From UHGV virus genome UHGV-0144957: DNA of 50,831 bases; one strand, 5' to 3'. The notes beneath the pieces were generated by a model. That model was not told the origin of the DNA. It was given only the letters and a program-made list of their open reading frames with translations, and ran no database searches. Both the position numbers and the translations under genes were made by a program. Origin of the DNA: a virus. Below, piece after piece: positions 16,833 to 26,388 of the stretch; the stretch's first letter is position 1; the number at the start of each line of letters is the position of its first letter.

Positions 16833-17208
16833 GGCTGCGTGGGACCCACGCGTGGCCCCTGCGTGGGCCACGCACCATATATCTAACTGTAATGGTTGAT
16901 TATTTTTTTGGGGCGTAGGTCTTTACATTTTCCGCGTTTTGTGCTGTTCTTTTCCTACGGTGCTCATCACACCAACCATAGGCGGACAACGCCACCCGAC
17001 AGCATGGCGCTTTTTTGTGCCCTTTTTCCAAAGTCAAGAGTTTTTCTTGGCTGTCTTTTGGGCTATTATTGCATCCAATGTTTGCCGGGTGTGCCCGATA
17101 TGTCCAAGGCTTCGGCCTAAAGGCGGGCAGCCGCACCTATGGGCGGTGATGAACACCCGGCATCGTCATTCATCGGCGGTGTCAATCCTCTCACCATAGG
17201 AGTGGCAC

Positions 17209-18138
17209 ATGTCACAGCTTTCTTCTTCCGTTTCCCTTCCTCAGATTGCCTACAAGGGCATCCCCGTTGTCACCACAGAAACGCTTGCTCGTGCGTATGA
17301 GGTGAAGCCCATCAACATTCAAAAGAACTTCTCGGCAAACAAGGACAGGTTTGTCGAAGGTAGGCATTACTACACTATTTCTGGTAACGATTTAAGGGAG
17401 CTAAAGCACAGACTAACCGAAAGTAAGTCTGTGAAAATCGCCCGAAATGTAAACGCCCTCACCCTCTGGACTGAGCGCGGAGCAGCCCGCCATGCCAAGA
17501 TGCTAAATAGCGATAAGGCGTGGGACATGTTCGAGTTGCTGGAAGAAACATTTTTTGCAGTGGTCAAGACAGAGCAGCCCGCCCCTTCCCCCATCTCCAA
17601 GCGCACCGACCCGGAGCGCAAGGCACTGACCGCCATCATCAACACGTGGGTGGGCATGGCGCCGATTCACTATGCTTCGGCACGGGCACAGGTGAACGCC
17701 CATTTCGGCGTCACTTCTGTGGACGCCCTGACCGTGGCGCAGGTTAAGGAGGCTATTCAGTGGGTACAGGCAAAGATTGACGCTCTCCCCGCTGTGCCCG
17801 CCCCCGCCCGTACCCCGGCGCTCGCCGCCTTCAACGTCTACCGTGACCGTGTGAAGGAGCTTGAACGCCTTGAAGTCAAGTTCATGGAATTCGCGGGGGA
17901 AACCAGAACCCGCCTTTCCGAACTCAACGCGGAGTACATCCGCCTGAATCAAGGGGCCTATGCCGCCATGCTTGGCCTCATCCCTTCGATACAGCCCGGC
18001 TCCAAGGATAGGCTTATCGACGCGCTGGCGTCTCAATCATATGATGCCTACAACTGGATTGATGAAGGCTTGCAGCGTATGAGGCTGGCAATCATCGCCG
18101 CACGGTCGGCAAACAGGACAATCGCAGAAGCGAACTAG
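17209..18138 (+). CDS. antirepressor-like protein with ORF6N domain
   Basis: N-terminal IAYKGIPVVTTETLARAYEVKPINIQKNFSANKDRFVEGRHYYTISGNDLRELK is a typical ORF6N (KilA-N-related) domain. The gene has its own ~375-bp upstream region, between terminase and portal. Confidence 0.7.
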   Translation: MSQLSSSVSLPQIAYKGIPVVTTETLARAYEVKPINIQKNFSANKDRFVEGRHYYTISGNDLRELKHRLTESKSVKIARNVNALTLWTERGAARHAKMLNSDKAWDMFELLEETFFAVVKTEQPAPSPISKRTDPERKALTAIINTWVGMAPIHYASARAQVNAHFGVTSVDALTVAQVKEAIQWVQAKIDALPAVPAPARTPALAAFNVYRDRVKELERLEVKFMEFAGETRTRLSELNAEYIRLNQGAYAAMLGLIPSIQPGSKDRLIDALASQSYDAYNWIDEGLQRMRLAIIAARSANRTIAEAN

Positions 18139-18143
18139 CAAAC

Positions 18144-18173
18144 AAGGCCCCCGGAAACGGGGGCTTTTTTTTG
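18144..18173 (+). terminator. rho-independent terminator
   Basis: Hairpin GGCCCCCGGAAACGGGGGC followed by TTTTTTTT. Confidence 0.55.
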
Positions 18174-18178
18174 CCCTA

Positions 18179-18198
18179 TGCGAACCTTGTTCACGGTG
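18179..18198 (+). promoter_or_regulatory. conserved late-promoter motif copy 2
   Basis: TGCGAACCTTGTTCACGGTG, 34 nt upstream of the portal ATG. Confidence 0.5.
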
Positions 18199-18231
18199 TA
18201 AATTCTTCTTCGCTCATAGCATGATGCCCTC

Positions 18232-20508
18232 ATGAGCAAGAAGCGCACTTATCGCCATGCTACCTCCATAGCCCCGCAAGCCGTGCCGCCGTCGCGCCGT
18301 CTGTCACTCTCCCCGGACGTGCGCGGCGGCCTTGCTCAACCCTTGCCGCCTACGCCCGACGACATCAGCCGGATGTACGGCCCTGCGAAGACGCTCGGCG
18401 CGCCCGAAGAGGTGCAGCTTGCGATGGATGCGCGGCTTGCGGATTCCGGCGTCTACTCCCTGCTTCAGCATTCTCTTGAGCTTGGGGTTGGGATTGCGCC
18501 GCAATTCATGGGCTACGGCGTCCTCCAGAACCTTGCACAGAACGGCCTGATCCGTGCCTGCGTCGAGACGGTATCCGACGACATGACCCGTGCATGGATT
18601 GAGTTCAAGCGCGAAGGGGAGGGCGGTGATGACGCTTTGCTTACTGACCTCGCACAGTCGTGCAAACGGTTCGCCCTGCAGCGCCTTTTCCATGAGGCCG
18701 TGGAGCTTGTAGGCTACGAAGGCGGCGCGTTCCTCTTCATCGATACCGGGGCCATCGGAAAAGAGCTGGAGCACCCGCTGAACATCAGCCCGTATTCCGC
18801 CGAACTCAGGCCCGGCGGCCTCCTGCGCTTCGTCGTCATCGACCCTGTGAACGTCTTCCCCGGCGACTACAACAGCCTTTCGCCGCTCGAACCGGACTAC
18901 TTCCGCCCCCGCTGGTGGTGGGTGCTTGGGCAGCGCGTGCATGCTTCCCGGCTCATCCGGCTGGTGGCGAACGAATGCCCGGTGCTGCTGCGGCCCGCAT
19001 ATAACTTTTTAGGCATCCCGCAGGCGCAGATACTTTGGGATTACGTGCTGCACTTTCAGGAGTGCCGCGCGGCGGAAGCCCGGCTGTTAACGAAGTTTTC
19101 GTTAACCGTCTTCAAGACGAAGATGGAAGACATCCTGTACGCGGCTGGAGGCACGGCGCAGCTTGATACCCGCATCCGGTACATGATCCAGTCCATGACG
19201 AACGACGGCGTGCTTGCCGTGGACAAGGAAACGGAAGAGGTGGTGAAGCTGGAAACGCCGCTTTCCGGCGTGACTGACATCGTGCGCCAGTCCCTTGAAA
19301 TCCTCGCCGCCCTGAACCGCACCCCGGCGGTCAAGCTGCTCGGCATCAGCCCGTCCGGGTTCAACGCCACGGGCGAATCGGATATCCGAAACTATTACGA
19401 CCACATCACGAGCCAACAGGAGAAAGTCCTGCGCGACGGCATCAAAAAGGCGCTCGACTGTATCCAGCTCCATTTGCGCGGAACCATCGACCCGTCCGTG
19501 ACGTTCAACTTCGCGCCCCTTGGCGAAGAAGACAGGGCGGCCCTTGCGACGCTCCAGAAGACCAAGGCCGACACCATCGCCGTCTACATGGATCGGGACA
19601 TCATCTCTCAGGAAGAGGCCCGGCAGTCCCTTGCCAGTGACCCGGACAGCGGCTTCTCCGACATAGACCCGGCGGAAGTGCCGCAGGGCAACGGAATGCC
19701 CGACGCCCTGCCGGAAGCCGGGGAAGGGGGCTTGATGCCCGACATCGACGATGTGGACAAGGCCGGGGCCGTCTACGACGCCGCGTGGGACGAGGATGTC
19801 TGGCGTACCGCCGAGAACGGGAAACGGTATCAGATCGACACTGAAACAGGCGAGATCAAGAAGGGGAATGTGAGGCAGCCCGTCGTCAACCGGGAATCAC
19901 GTCCCGTGGAGTCCTCCAAGCCGGACACGGCCCGTTATGAGGCCTTGGTGCGGGAGCACGGCGGTGACCACAAGAAGGCTGCGCATGCTTATTTCCGCGA
20001 AAAATTGCAGGGGCGGCATGTCACCGCGCAGACGGATAATGGGCCGATAGAGGCGTGTTTTACCGGGGCAAGTTGGAAGGAACTCAAAAAAGATATGGCT
20101 ATCGATCCGCTTAAGGCGGAGCTTGTTCCTCATTTGCCGGAAATCATCGCTACAGGGCGTTATGAATCCTCCACCCCGATGCATTTTCATCCCGACGTGT
20201 CCGTATTCCATTCATATACGAAAAGCGTTTCCACCTCGGAAGGTGAAAAGGAAGCCATTGTCGATATAGCGGAACGGCCCATGCGAGAACCCAAGCACCT
20301 TGTTTACAATCTCACACGGGAGGGGACTCGACCCTATACGGATCGAAGGCAAAAAGAATCGGCGCTTTCAGGAGCGATCCGTGGGCAAAACCACGGGAAC
20401 CTGAAAACGCCGACTCATGGCAGCGATGCTGCTTTTGAAAGAAATATAGCTCCTTTCTTCGAGGTTGTAAATATCCGTTTTGTTGGTGAAGGGGCCGCTG
20501 ATGCCTAA
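18232..20508 (+). CDS. portal protein with ~200-aa C-terminal extension domain
   Basis: 758 aa, located between terminase and the MuF-like gene. The N-terminal ~500 aa look portal-like. The C-terminal part (DNA ~19880-20508) is compositionally distinct. Confidence 0.65.
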   Translation: MSKKRTYRHATSIAPQAVPPSRRLSLSPDVRGGLAQPLPPTPDDISRMYGPAKTLGAPEEVQLAMDARLADSGVYSLLQHSLELGVGIAPQFMGYGVLQNLAQNGLIRACVETVSDDMTRAWIEFKREGEGGDDALLTDLAQSCKRFALQRLFHEAVELVGYEGGAFLFIDTGAIGKELEHPLNISPYSAELRPGGLLRFVVIDPVNVFPGDYNSLSPLEPDYFRPRWWWVLGQRVHASRLIRLVANECPVLLRPAYNFLGIPQAQILWDYVLHFQECRAAEARLLTKFSLTVFKTKMEDILYAAGGTAQLDTRIRYMIQSMTNDGVLAVDKETEEVVKLETPLSGVTDIVRQSLEILAALNRTPAVKLLGISPSGFNATGESDIRNYYDHITSQQEKVLRDGIKKALDCIQLHLRGTIDPSVTFNFAPLGEEDRAALATLQKTKADTIAVYMDRDIISQEEARQSLASDPDSGFSDIDPAEVPQGNGMPDALPEAGEGGLMPDIDDVDKAGAVYDAAWDEDVWRTAENGKRYQIDTETGEIKKGNVRQPVVNRESRPVESSKPDTARYEALVREHGGDHKKAAHAYFREKLQGRHVTAQTDNGPIEACFTGASWKELKKDMAIDPLKAELVPHLPEIIATGRYESSTPMHFHPDVSVFHSYTKSVSTSEGEKEAIVDIAERPMREPKHLVYNLTREGTRPYTDRRQKESALSGAIRGQNHGNLKTPTHGSDAAFERNIAPFFEVVNIRFVGEGAADA

Positions 20509-21283
20509 AATCCTCCGCGCCATCAAGCCCAACGCGGGCATCCGGGCGAAATACCGGAAGCGGCTGGTGTCGCTTCTCGACGAGATGCAGCGTTCCGTCG
20601 TGTGGTGGCTGCGCGCCGAGTACAGGAAGCAGGAAACCCGCATAGCACAGGATGCGTCCCCTGCGAGAGACCTACAAGACCGCCTCAAGCGCCTGTTCCG
20701 GTACTGGACGAAGCGGTGGAGGGAAAGCGCGGAGAGTTTCGCACGGGAGTTCGTGGGCAGTACGAGGCGGCGCACGGAAGCCGGGATGAGGCAGGCGTTA
20801 AAAGACGCGGGCTTCACGGTGAGGATGGATAGGAGCAGGGCCATGAGCGACGTGGCGCGGGCCCTCTTCGAGGAAAACGTCAACCTCATCAAGTCCATCC
20901 CGCAGCACTATTTCACGGAAGTGACGGGGCTTGTACAGCGATCCGCCAGCATGGGCCGTGACGTGGAGTTCCTCGCCGACGAACTCCACAAGCGGTACGA
21001 GATCACCCGGCGCCGGGCCGAATTCATTGCCCGCGACCAGTCCAACAAGGCGACCGAGGCCCTTAAGCGGGTGCAGGACAAAGAGCTCGGCATCACCGAA
21101 GGCATCTGGGTGCATGTGCCGGGAAAGAAGACAAGCCGCCATACCCATCAGCTCATGAACGGGAAAAGGTTCGTCATCGCGGAAGGGCTCTACGACTCTG
21201 ACGTGAAGCGCAAGGTGCTTTGCGGCGAGCTTCCGGGGTGCCAATGTACGTATCGGGCCGTCATCCCTGAATTTGGAGACTAG
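20501..21283 (+). CDS. head morphogenesis protein, Mu F / SPP1 gp7 family
   Basis: Characteristic MuF-family segments, with ...HTHQLMNGKRF... near the C-terminus. The ATG at 20501 overlaps the portal stop. Confidence 0.75.
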   Translation: MPKILRAIKPNAGIRAKYRKRLVSLLDEMQRSVVWWLRAEYRKQETRIAQDASPARDLQDRLKRLFRYWTKRWRESAESFAREFVGSTRRRTEAGMRQALKDAGFTVRMDRSRAMSDVARALFEENVNLIKSIPQHYFTEVTGLVQRSASMGRDVEFLADELHKRYEITRRRAEFIARDQSNKATEALKRVQDKELGITEGIWVHVPGKKTSRHTHQLMNGKRFVIAEGLYDSDVKRKVLCGELPGCQCTYRAVIPEFGD

Positions 21284-21286
21284 TCT

Positions 21287-22999
21287 ATGCATCAAGGCAA
21301 AGGCGTCGCCTTCGACGCGGCCCCCTCGCAGCGGGCAACCGACGAGAACGGGTTCCTGCACGTCGGGGCGTCGCACATCACCAAAGCGGCGGTGAACCCC
21401 TACTACGGGAGGGAGGTTCCGGGCTGGCAGGAGGCCGGGCTTGACCCTGAGGCCGTCTACTACGGCCTGCGCGACCCGGAAGAACTTCAAGCATCGCTTG
21501 AGACATGGGCCGGGCTGCCGCTGCACATCGAGCACCATATCGACAGCGCGGAAGAACCGCAGAAGCTCACCCGCGTGGGAGCGGTGGGCACGGGCGCGGT
21601 CTGGAACCCGCCGTATGTGGATGCGCCGTTGACCGTGTGGGATCGGGCCGCCATCGACGCCATCGAAGATGGTTCCTTCCGGGAGCTTTCCTGCGCCTAC
21701 CGTTACGACCCGGATTTCACGCCGGGCAGCTACGAGGGCATCCCCTACGATTTCATCATGCGGAACATCCGCGGCAACCACGTCGCGTTGGTCGAGGAAG
21801 GGCGGGCCGGGCCGGACGTGGTGGTGGCGGATTCTCATCCAACTTCAACGAAAAAAGGAACGCTTATGGGCACGTTCAAGAAATGGTTCCGGGGCGCGCA
21901 AGACGACAACCCGGACATCGAAAAGCAGGAAGTGGAGCTTGCGCAGGCCATCATCGACCTGCACAAGGTCGACCCCGTGACAGGCGAAATCGTGGATGTC
22001 ACCGAAGACGAGGACAAGGCGGAGGAAATCCGCAAGCTCGTCGGTGAATTGTCCGCCAAGCTCGATCCTGAGGACGTCAAGAAGCTGACGGATTCCCTCT
22101 CCGATCTGGCCTACTCCAAGGCCACGGGCGACGGGAAAGCGGAGAAAAAGGACGCGCTGGACGAAGACGCCAGGAAAGCTATGGACGCCTGCGGGCTTGA
22201 TGCGGAAGACCCCGCCGAATCCCGTGCCTTTGCCGAAGGCGTGAAGTACGGCGAGAAACTGGAGCGTAACCCGGAAGAGCGCAGGAAGCTCGACCGCGAA
22301 CATGAGTCCGAGGGCATGAAAAAGGCTATGGATGCCTGCGGCCTCGACGCCGAGAACCCGCAGGAGAGCAAAGCCTTTGCCGAGGGCGTCAAGTACGGTG
22401 AGGAGTTGATCCGGGATCCTGATGAACGGCGCAAGCTCGACCGTGAGCATGAATCCGAAGGCGAACGCCGCGAGCTCGGCAAGGACGAGGACAAGGACGC
22501 GGCCATCAAGCGCATCCTCGCTGCCGTCCCCGGCCTCACGCCGGAACAGCAGAAGAAGCTGACCGACTCCCTGCAAGACCTCGCCTATTCCCCGGCGACC
22601 GGAGATGAAGACCCGGACGGCAAGGGAACCGCTCAGGACAGGGCATTCCGCCGCCGTGGGCCCCGCCCCCTCACCGCGATGGACGCCGCCCGCATCAAGG
22701 CATCCGCAGTCGCCGAAGCGCAGGAACATATGCGGAACCTCACCCGTGCCGTGCGCGACGTGCGCGGGCTGGTGGGCGAGCTTGACCCGTTGTCCTTCGA
22801 CTCCGCGTCCGACGTCTACGGCTACGCGCTGGAGCAGCTTGGGGAGGAGCCCCGCAAGTATCCCCGGCAGGCATGGCCCGGCATGATCGACATCCTCCGC
22901 AAGCAGAAGGCGGCCCCTTCCATCGCCCGCGACGCGGCCCCCGTCGGGCGCATGTCCGGCAGCTTCGCCGGGCTTTCCAACATCACCATTGCCGAATAG
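21287..22999 (+). CDS. prohead protease/scaffolding-like protein (DUF2213-type N-domain) with internal tandem repeats
   Basis: The N-domain contains ...[15 protein letters not shown]... The acidic C-terminal half has two ~49-aa tandem repeats (MDACGLDAE(D/N)P...[10 protein letters not shown]). Confidence 0.45.
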   Translation: MHQGKGVAFDAAPSQRATDENGFLHVGASHITKAAVNPYYGREVPGWQEAGLDPEAVYYGLRDPEELQASLETWAGLPLHIEHHIDSAEEPQKLTRVGAVGTGAVWNPPYVDAPLTVWDRAAIDAIEDGSFRELSCAYRYDPDFTPGSYEGIPYDFIMRNIRGNHVALVEEGRAGPDVVVADSHPTSTKKGTLMGTFKKWFRGAQDDNPDIEKQEVELAQAIIDLHKVDPVTGEIVDVTEDEDKAEEIRKLVGELSAKLDPEDVKKLTDSLSDLAYSKATGDGKAEKKDALDEDARKAMDACGLDAEDPAESRAFAEGVKYGEKLERNPEERRKLDREHESEGMKKAMDACGLDAENPQESKAFAEGVKYGEELIRDPDERRKLDREHESEGERRELGKDEDKDAAIKRILAAVPGLTPEQQKKLTDSLQDLAYSPATGDEDPDGKGTAQDRAFRRRGPRPLTAMDAARIKASAVAEAQEHMRNLTRAVRDVRGLVGELDPLSFDSASDVYGYALEQLGEEPRKYPRQAWPGMIDILRKQKAAPSIARDAAPVGRMSGSFAGLSNITIAE

Positions 23000-23009
23000 G
23001 AGGCACAAC

Positions 23010-23648
23010 ATGCCTTTGCAGTCCCAAGTCAATCTTTCCGTCGCTCCCGGCATCGCGGGCGACAAAGCGACGCCCGACCAGAGCATCTATACCCCGCTCA
23101 ACCCCCTGGCGGCGGTGGCCCTCCCCGTGGGGCGCTTCGTCTTCCCGGTCGTGGATTCCGGCGTGATCGACAACACGCGGGCCACCAACGTCGCGGGTGA
23201 GGCCACTGCCGTGCTCGGCTTCGTGGAGCGCGTCATCAACTATGTGAACTATGAACTGCTTTCTGACGGCACTTTGACCGTCCCGGCAGGCTCGAACCTC
23301 ACCGTCGCCGTGAAGGGCGACTATTGGGCCGTTTCCACGACCAAGGCCACGGTGGGGCAGGCCGTCCTTGCCTCCACCGCCGACGGTTCCATCAGCACCG
23401 GGACGCCCGACGGGACGCACCTCGATACGGGGTGGGTCGTCAAGACCCCCGGCGAAATCGGGGAACCGATCATCATCAGCAACTGGGGACAGGCCGCATC
23501 GTCTGGCTCCGGCGGCGACACCTCGAACCTGATGCGGAAAGATTTCAGCAACGCCACCGGTGCGCTCGGCGTAGCCAACGGCGGAACCGGCGCAACCACT
23601 GCGGAACAGGCCCGCACCAACCTCGGCGCAGCCGCCGCCGGAGCGTAG
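23010..23648 (+). CDS. head structural/decoration-like protein with fiber-type C-terminal motif
   Basis: RBS AGGAGG 6 nt upstream. The gene sits between the scaffold and capsid genes. The C-terminus GALGVANGGTGATTAEQARTNLGAAAAGA resembles the GGTGATTAxxARxNLG motif of phage tail-fiber proteins. Confidence 0.4.
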   Translation: MPLQSQVNLSVAPGIAGDKATPDQSIYTPLNPLAAVALPVGRFVFPVVDSGVIDNTRATNVAGEATAVLGFVERVINYVNYELLSDGTLTVPAGSNLTVAVKGDYWAVSTTKATVGQAVLASTADGSISTGTPDGTHLDTGWVVKTPGEIGEPIIISNWGQAASSGSGGDTSNLMRKDFSNATGALGVANGGTGATTAEQARTNLGAAAAGA

Positions 23649-23658
23649 GAGGAACGTT

Positions 23659-24672
23659 ATGAACCCGACATTTGAACAGGCCCGGCGCTACGGCTTCGTC
23701 TTCCCCCATGCGCGCATGTGGACCACGCCCGAAAACCGCGCCCGCATTGCGCAGGACGCCGCGCTCATCACCACGCCGAACACGACCGTCCCCGCCGAAC
23801 TGCTGGCGTATATCGACCCGATGGTCATCGAAATCCTGACCGCGCCCCGGCGCGCCCGTGAAATCTTCGGGGAAGAGAAAAAAGGCGACTGGACGACCCC
23901 GTACATGAAGTGGCGCGTGGACGAAATGACCGGGAAGACCGAGCCGTATTCCGACTATGCCAACGGCACGACTTCGGGCGTGAACTCCGAATGGCAGACC
24001 CGCGTGCAGTATGTCTTTCAGACGTCCATCACCTACGGCGACTTTGAAGTGGACATGTCGAGCACGGCGAAAGTCAACCTTGCGGCCTCCAAACAGCGCG
24101 CGGCGGCCAACGTCATCGACATCGACCAGAACCGTTTCTACCTGCTCGGCGTCGCCGGGAAGGAGATTTACGGCATCCTCAACGACCCGAACCTCCCCGC
24201 AGCCATCACCGCCGGGGCCACGGGAGAGGGCAGCTCCACGAAATGGGCCGACAAGACCACGGTGCAGATCTACAATGACGTCCTCGCCCTGTTCGCGCAG
24301 CTCTCCGAGCAGTCCAGCGGTCTTATCGACAAGGATACGCCGCTGAAGCTCTGCCTTTCCCCCGAACTGGCCGTGCGCCTCGGCGCGGCTACCGATTTCA
24401 ACGTGTCCGTGCTGGACATGCTGAAGCGGTACTTCAGCCGCATCGACATCGTGACCGTGCCCGAACTGCACAGCATGACCGCCGGGGAAACCATGTTCCT
24501 CATCGCTCCCGAGGTGAACGGGCAGCGCTCCGGAACGCTGGCCTTCGGCGAAAAGATGCGTGCGGGCCGCGTCGTGCCCGACCTGTCCAGCTTCCGCCAG
24601 AAGTTCGTCGGCACCACCTACGGCGGCATCGTGCTCATGCCCTTTGCGTTCGCGCAAATGACTGGCATGTAG
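23659..24672 (+). CDS. major capsid protein (Mu gpT-like)
   Basis: 337 aa, positioned after the scaffold/decoration genes, with capsid-like composition. Confidence 0.65.
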   Translation: MNPTFEQARRYGFVFPHARMWTTPENRARIAQDAALITTPNTTVPAELLAYIDPMVIEILTAPRRAREIFGEEKKGDWTTPYMKWRVDEMTGKTEPYSDYANGTTSGVNSEWQTRVQYVFQTSITYGDFEVDMSSTAKVNLAASKQRAAANVIDIDQNRFYLLGVAGKEIYGILNDPNLPAAITAGATGEGSSTKWADKTTVQIYNDVLALFAQLSEQSSGLIDKDTPLKLCLSPELAVRLGAATDFNVSVLDMLKRYFSRIDIVTVPELHSMTAGETMFLIAPEVNGQRSGTLAFGEKMRAGRVVPDLSSFRQKFVGTTYGGIVLMPFAFAQMTGM

Positions 24673-24749
24673 AGCCTCTCCCTTCCCCCATGTGAAAGCC
24701 CCAACCGCCTGTTTAACGGTTGGGGCTTATTTGCCTCTTTGGGAGCTGT

Positions 24750-25016
24750 TCAGTAATGATAGCGGCATTGGAGTACGATCAGGGCTTCGCTCTTTTCGTC
24801 CAGCTTATAGACGAGCCGATCCTCCTGATTGATGCGTCGTGACCAGCATCCGGAAAGATCGAACCGGAGCGGTTCCGGCTTGCCTAGCCCTTCAAAAGGA
24901 TTCCGCATGGCATCGCGCAGCAATTCGTTGATCCGTTTGACCGTGCGCTTGTCCGCATGCTGCCAATAGAGGTAGTCCTCCCACGCCTGCGGCGTCCACG
25001 TAAGCAGCATGCTCAA
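24750..25016 (-). CDS. yoeB: YoeB-family toxin (RelE superfamily mRNA interferase)
   Basis: Near-colinear with E. coli YoeB: WTPQAWEDYLYWQ...DKRTVKRINELL...NPFEGLGKPEPL...SGCWSRRINQEDRLVY...LQCRYHY. Confidence 0.85.
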   Translation of the reverse strand: MSMLLTWTPQAWEDYLYWQHADKRTVKRINELLRDAMRNPFEGLGKPEPLRFDLSGCWSRRINQEDRLVYKLDEKSEALIVLQCRYHY

Positions 25017-25267
25017 TCCTCCAGCTCATGCGGCATGGCCTTGCCCGCATCGGCGGCCTGCATCGCTTCCCTGAGCCGTGCGGCGTTGGCGGGCGAACGG
25101 AGCAGATACGCCGTCTCCATGATGGCGTTATAATCCTCAAGCGACATCATGACCACAGAGGGCGATTTTTGCCGAGTAATGATGACCGGCTCATGGTGAT
25201 CGCAGACGCGGCTCATGGTTTCCGCAAGGTTCTGCCGGGCTTCGGAGTAGGTAATGGCCTGTGACAT
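25013..25267 (-). CDS. yefM: YefM-family antitoxin
   Basis: MSQAITYSEARQNLAETMSRVCDHHEPVIITRQ... Strong RBS AAGGAGG. 4-nt overlap with yoeB. Confidence 0.8.
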   Translation of the reverse strand: MSQAITYSEARQNLAETMSRVCDHHEPVIITRQKSPSVVMMSLEDYNAIMETAYLLRSPANAARLREAMQAADAGKAMPHELED

Positions 25268-25369
25268 GACGCCTCCTTTATTTTGTACAAAAATACGTAC
25301 AAACAAGGCAGGCGTCAAGAATAAAAGGCGGCTCCGAAGAACCGCCTTTTCTACCATATTCTTTTCTCG

Positions 25370-25825
25370 TTAGAATCCAATCCAGCCGAAGCCTTTGGCC
25401 ATGATCGCGGCAAGGGCAAAGGCTATGGCGAACTGCCATTTGAGCAGATCATATTTGACCTTTTCAACTTCGCCACGCACTTTTTCGATCTCAGTCCGTA
25501 AGCGGGCTTCGGTTTCCTTTACCTCGCCACGGACTTTTTCCGTCTCGCCACGGATCTTCTCGATTTCTACCGTCAACCGCGCTTCCGTTTCCTTCATTTC
25601 GGCACGGATTTTTTCAGTTTCCCCGCGAACCTTTTCCAGTTCGACTTGTAAGCGCAACTCGGTTTCGCGCAGGTCTTCTTTGGTCGCGGACTTATCCTCA
25701 CGCTTTTCCAGCACCTCTACAAGAGCGTCGAACTGCTCGGCAGTAAACGCTTTTTCCAGTTTTTTCCCGGTATCGAACAGCAACATGGGGGAATCCCTCC
25801 GTTGGTAAAGTCTTATATGATTCAT
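25370..25825 (-). CDS. DUF1640-like coiled-coil membrane-anchored protein
   Basis: Repeated TEKVRGEV(K/E)ETEARL heptad-like units plus a C-terminal TM helix LLKWQFAIAFALAAIMAKGFGWIGF. The encoding DNA contains matching tandem repeats. Confidence 0.45.
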   Translation of the reverse strand: MNHIRLYQRRDSPMLLFDTGKKLEKAFTAEQFDALVEVLEKREDKSATKEDLRETELRLQVELEKVRGETEKIRAEMKETEARLTVEIEKIRGETEKVRGEVKETEARLRTEIEKVRGEVEKVKYDLLKWQFAIAFALAAIMAKGFGWIGF

Positions 25826-25841
25826 GCAGGGTTGCCAAGGA

Positions 25842-26123
25842 TTACTCTAGCATCATCCTGTTCGAGGTCTTCGCGGCACGGATGGCAAGGTGCATGTCGT
25901 CAAGTGCGGATTCGAGGTTTTGCCGGGCGATGTAGGTCGGGGCGGTCATGAGCTGGACAAGCGCGTCAACGGGCGTATTCCCGGATAACGAGACGTACCG
26001 GAGCAGTTCGGGATACGTCCCCTGCGTCACCCGACGGAAGTCCCGTTCCAGCCCATAAGCCTGCTCGCGGATCAGGGCTGCAAGCTCAATCCATTCCTGC
26101 TCAAGCCGTTCAAGCGCCCTCAC
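25842..26123 (-). CDS. small helical hypothetical protein (93 aa) abutting the CRISPR array
   Basis: ORF track. It ends 18 bp from the trailer-end CRISPR repeat. A weak resemblance to HepT/HI0074-type helical proteins could not be supported by a motif. Confidence 0.4.
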   Translation of the reverse strand: MRALERLEQEWIELAALIREQAYGLERDFRRVTQGTYPELLRYVSLSGNTPVDALVQLMTAPTYIARQNLESALDDMHLAIRAAKTSNRMMLE

Positions 26124-26141
26124 GCGGTCGCGGTAGATAGG

Positions 26142-26388
26142 CTTCTAAGCCGCCTACACGGCGGATAATAGGACTCTTGTGGGCGTGCTTAATTTGTGAG
26201 ACTTCTAAGCCACCTACACGGCGGATAATTGGCTGCGCGAGCACGTCGATCCGTTGTTGGCTTTCTAAGCCGCCTACACGGCGGATAACTTCTGGTTGAG
26301 CTTCTAAGCCGCCTACACGGCGGATAATTTCCCCCTAAGAGTTGAGTTTGATGCCGGAAACTTCTAAGCCGCCTACACGGCGGATAAT
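26142..26388 (-). CRISPR. orphan CRISPR array, 5 repeats x 28 nt (type I-F-like), spacers 32/32/11/32 nt, no cas genes
   Basis: Repeats at 26142-169, 26202-229, 26262-289, 26301-328 and 26361-388 read CTTCTAAGCCGCCTACACGGCGGATAAT, with single-nt variants in the 2nd and 3rd. The reverse complement ATTATCCGCCGTGTAGGCGGCTTAGAAG matches the I-F consensus GTTCACTGCCGTATAGGCAGCTAAGAAA at 20/28 positions. It has the same 5-bp stem, 5-nt loop and CTTAGAAG handle. The AT-rich leader lies on the right (26389 onward), so the array is transcribed from the minus strand. Confidence 0.8.
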
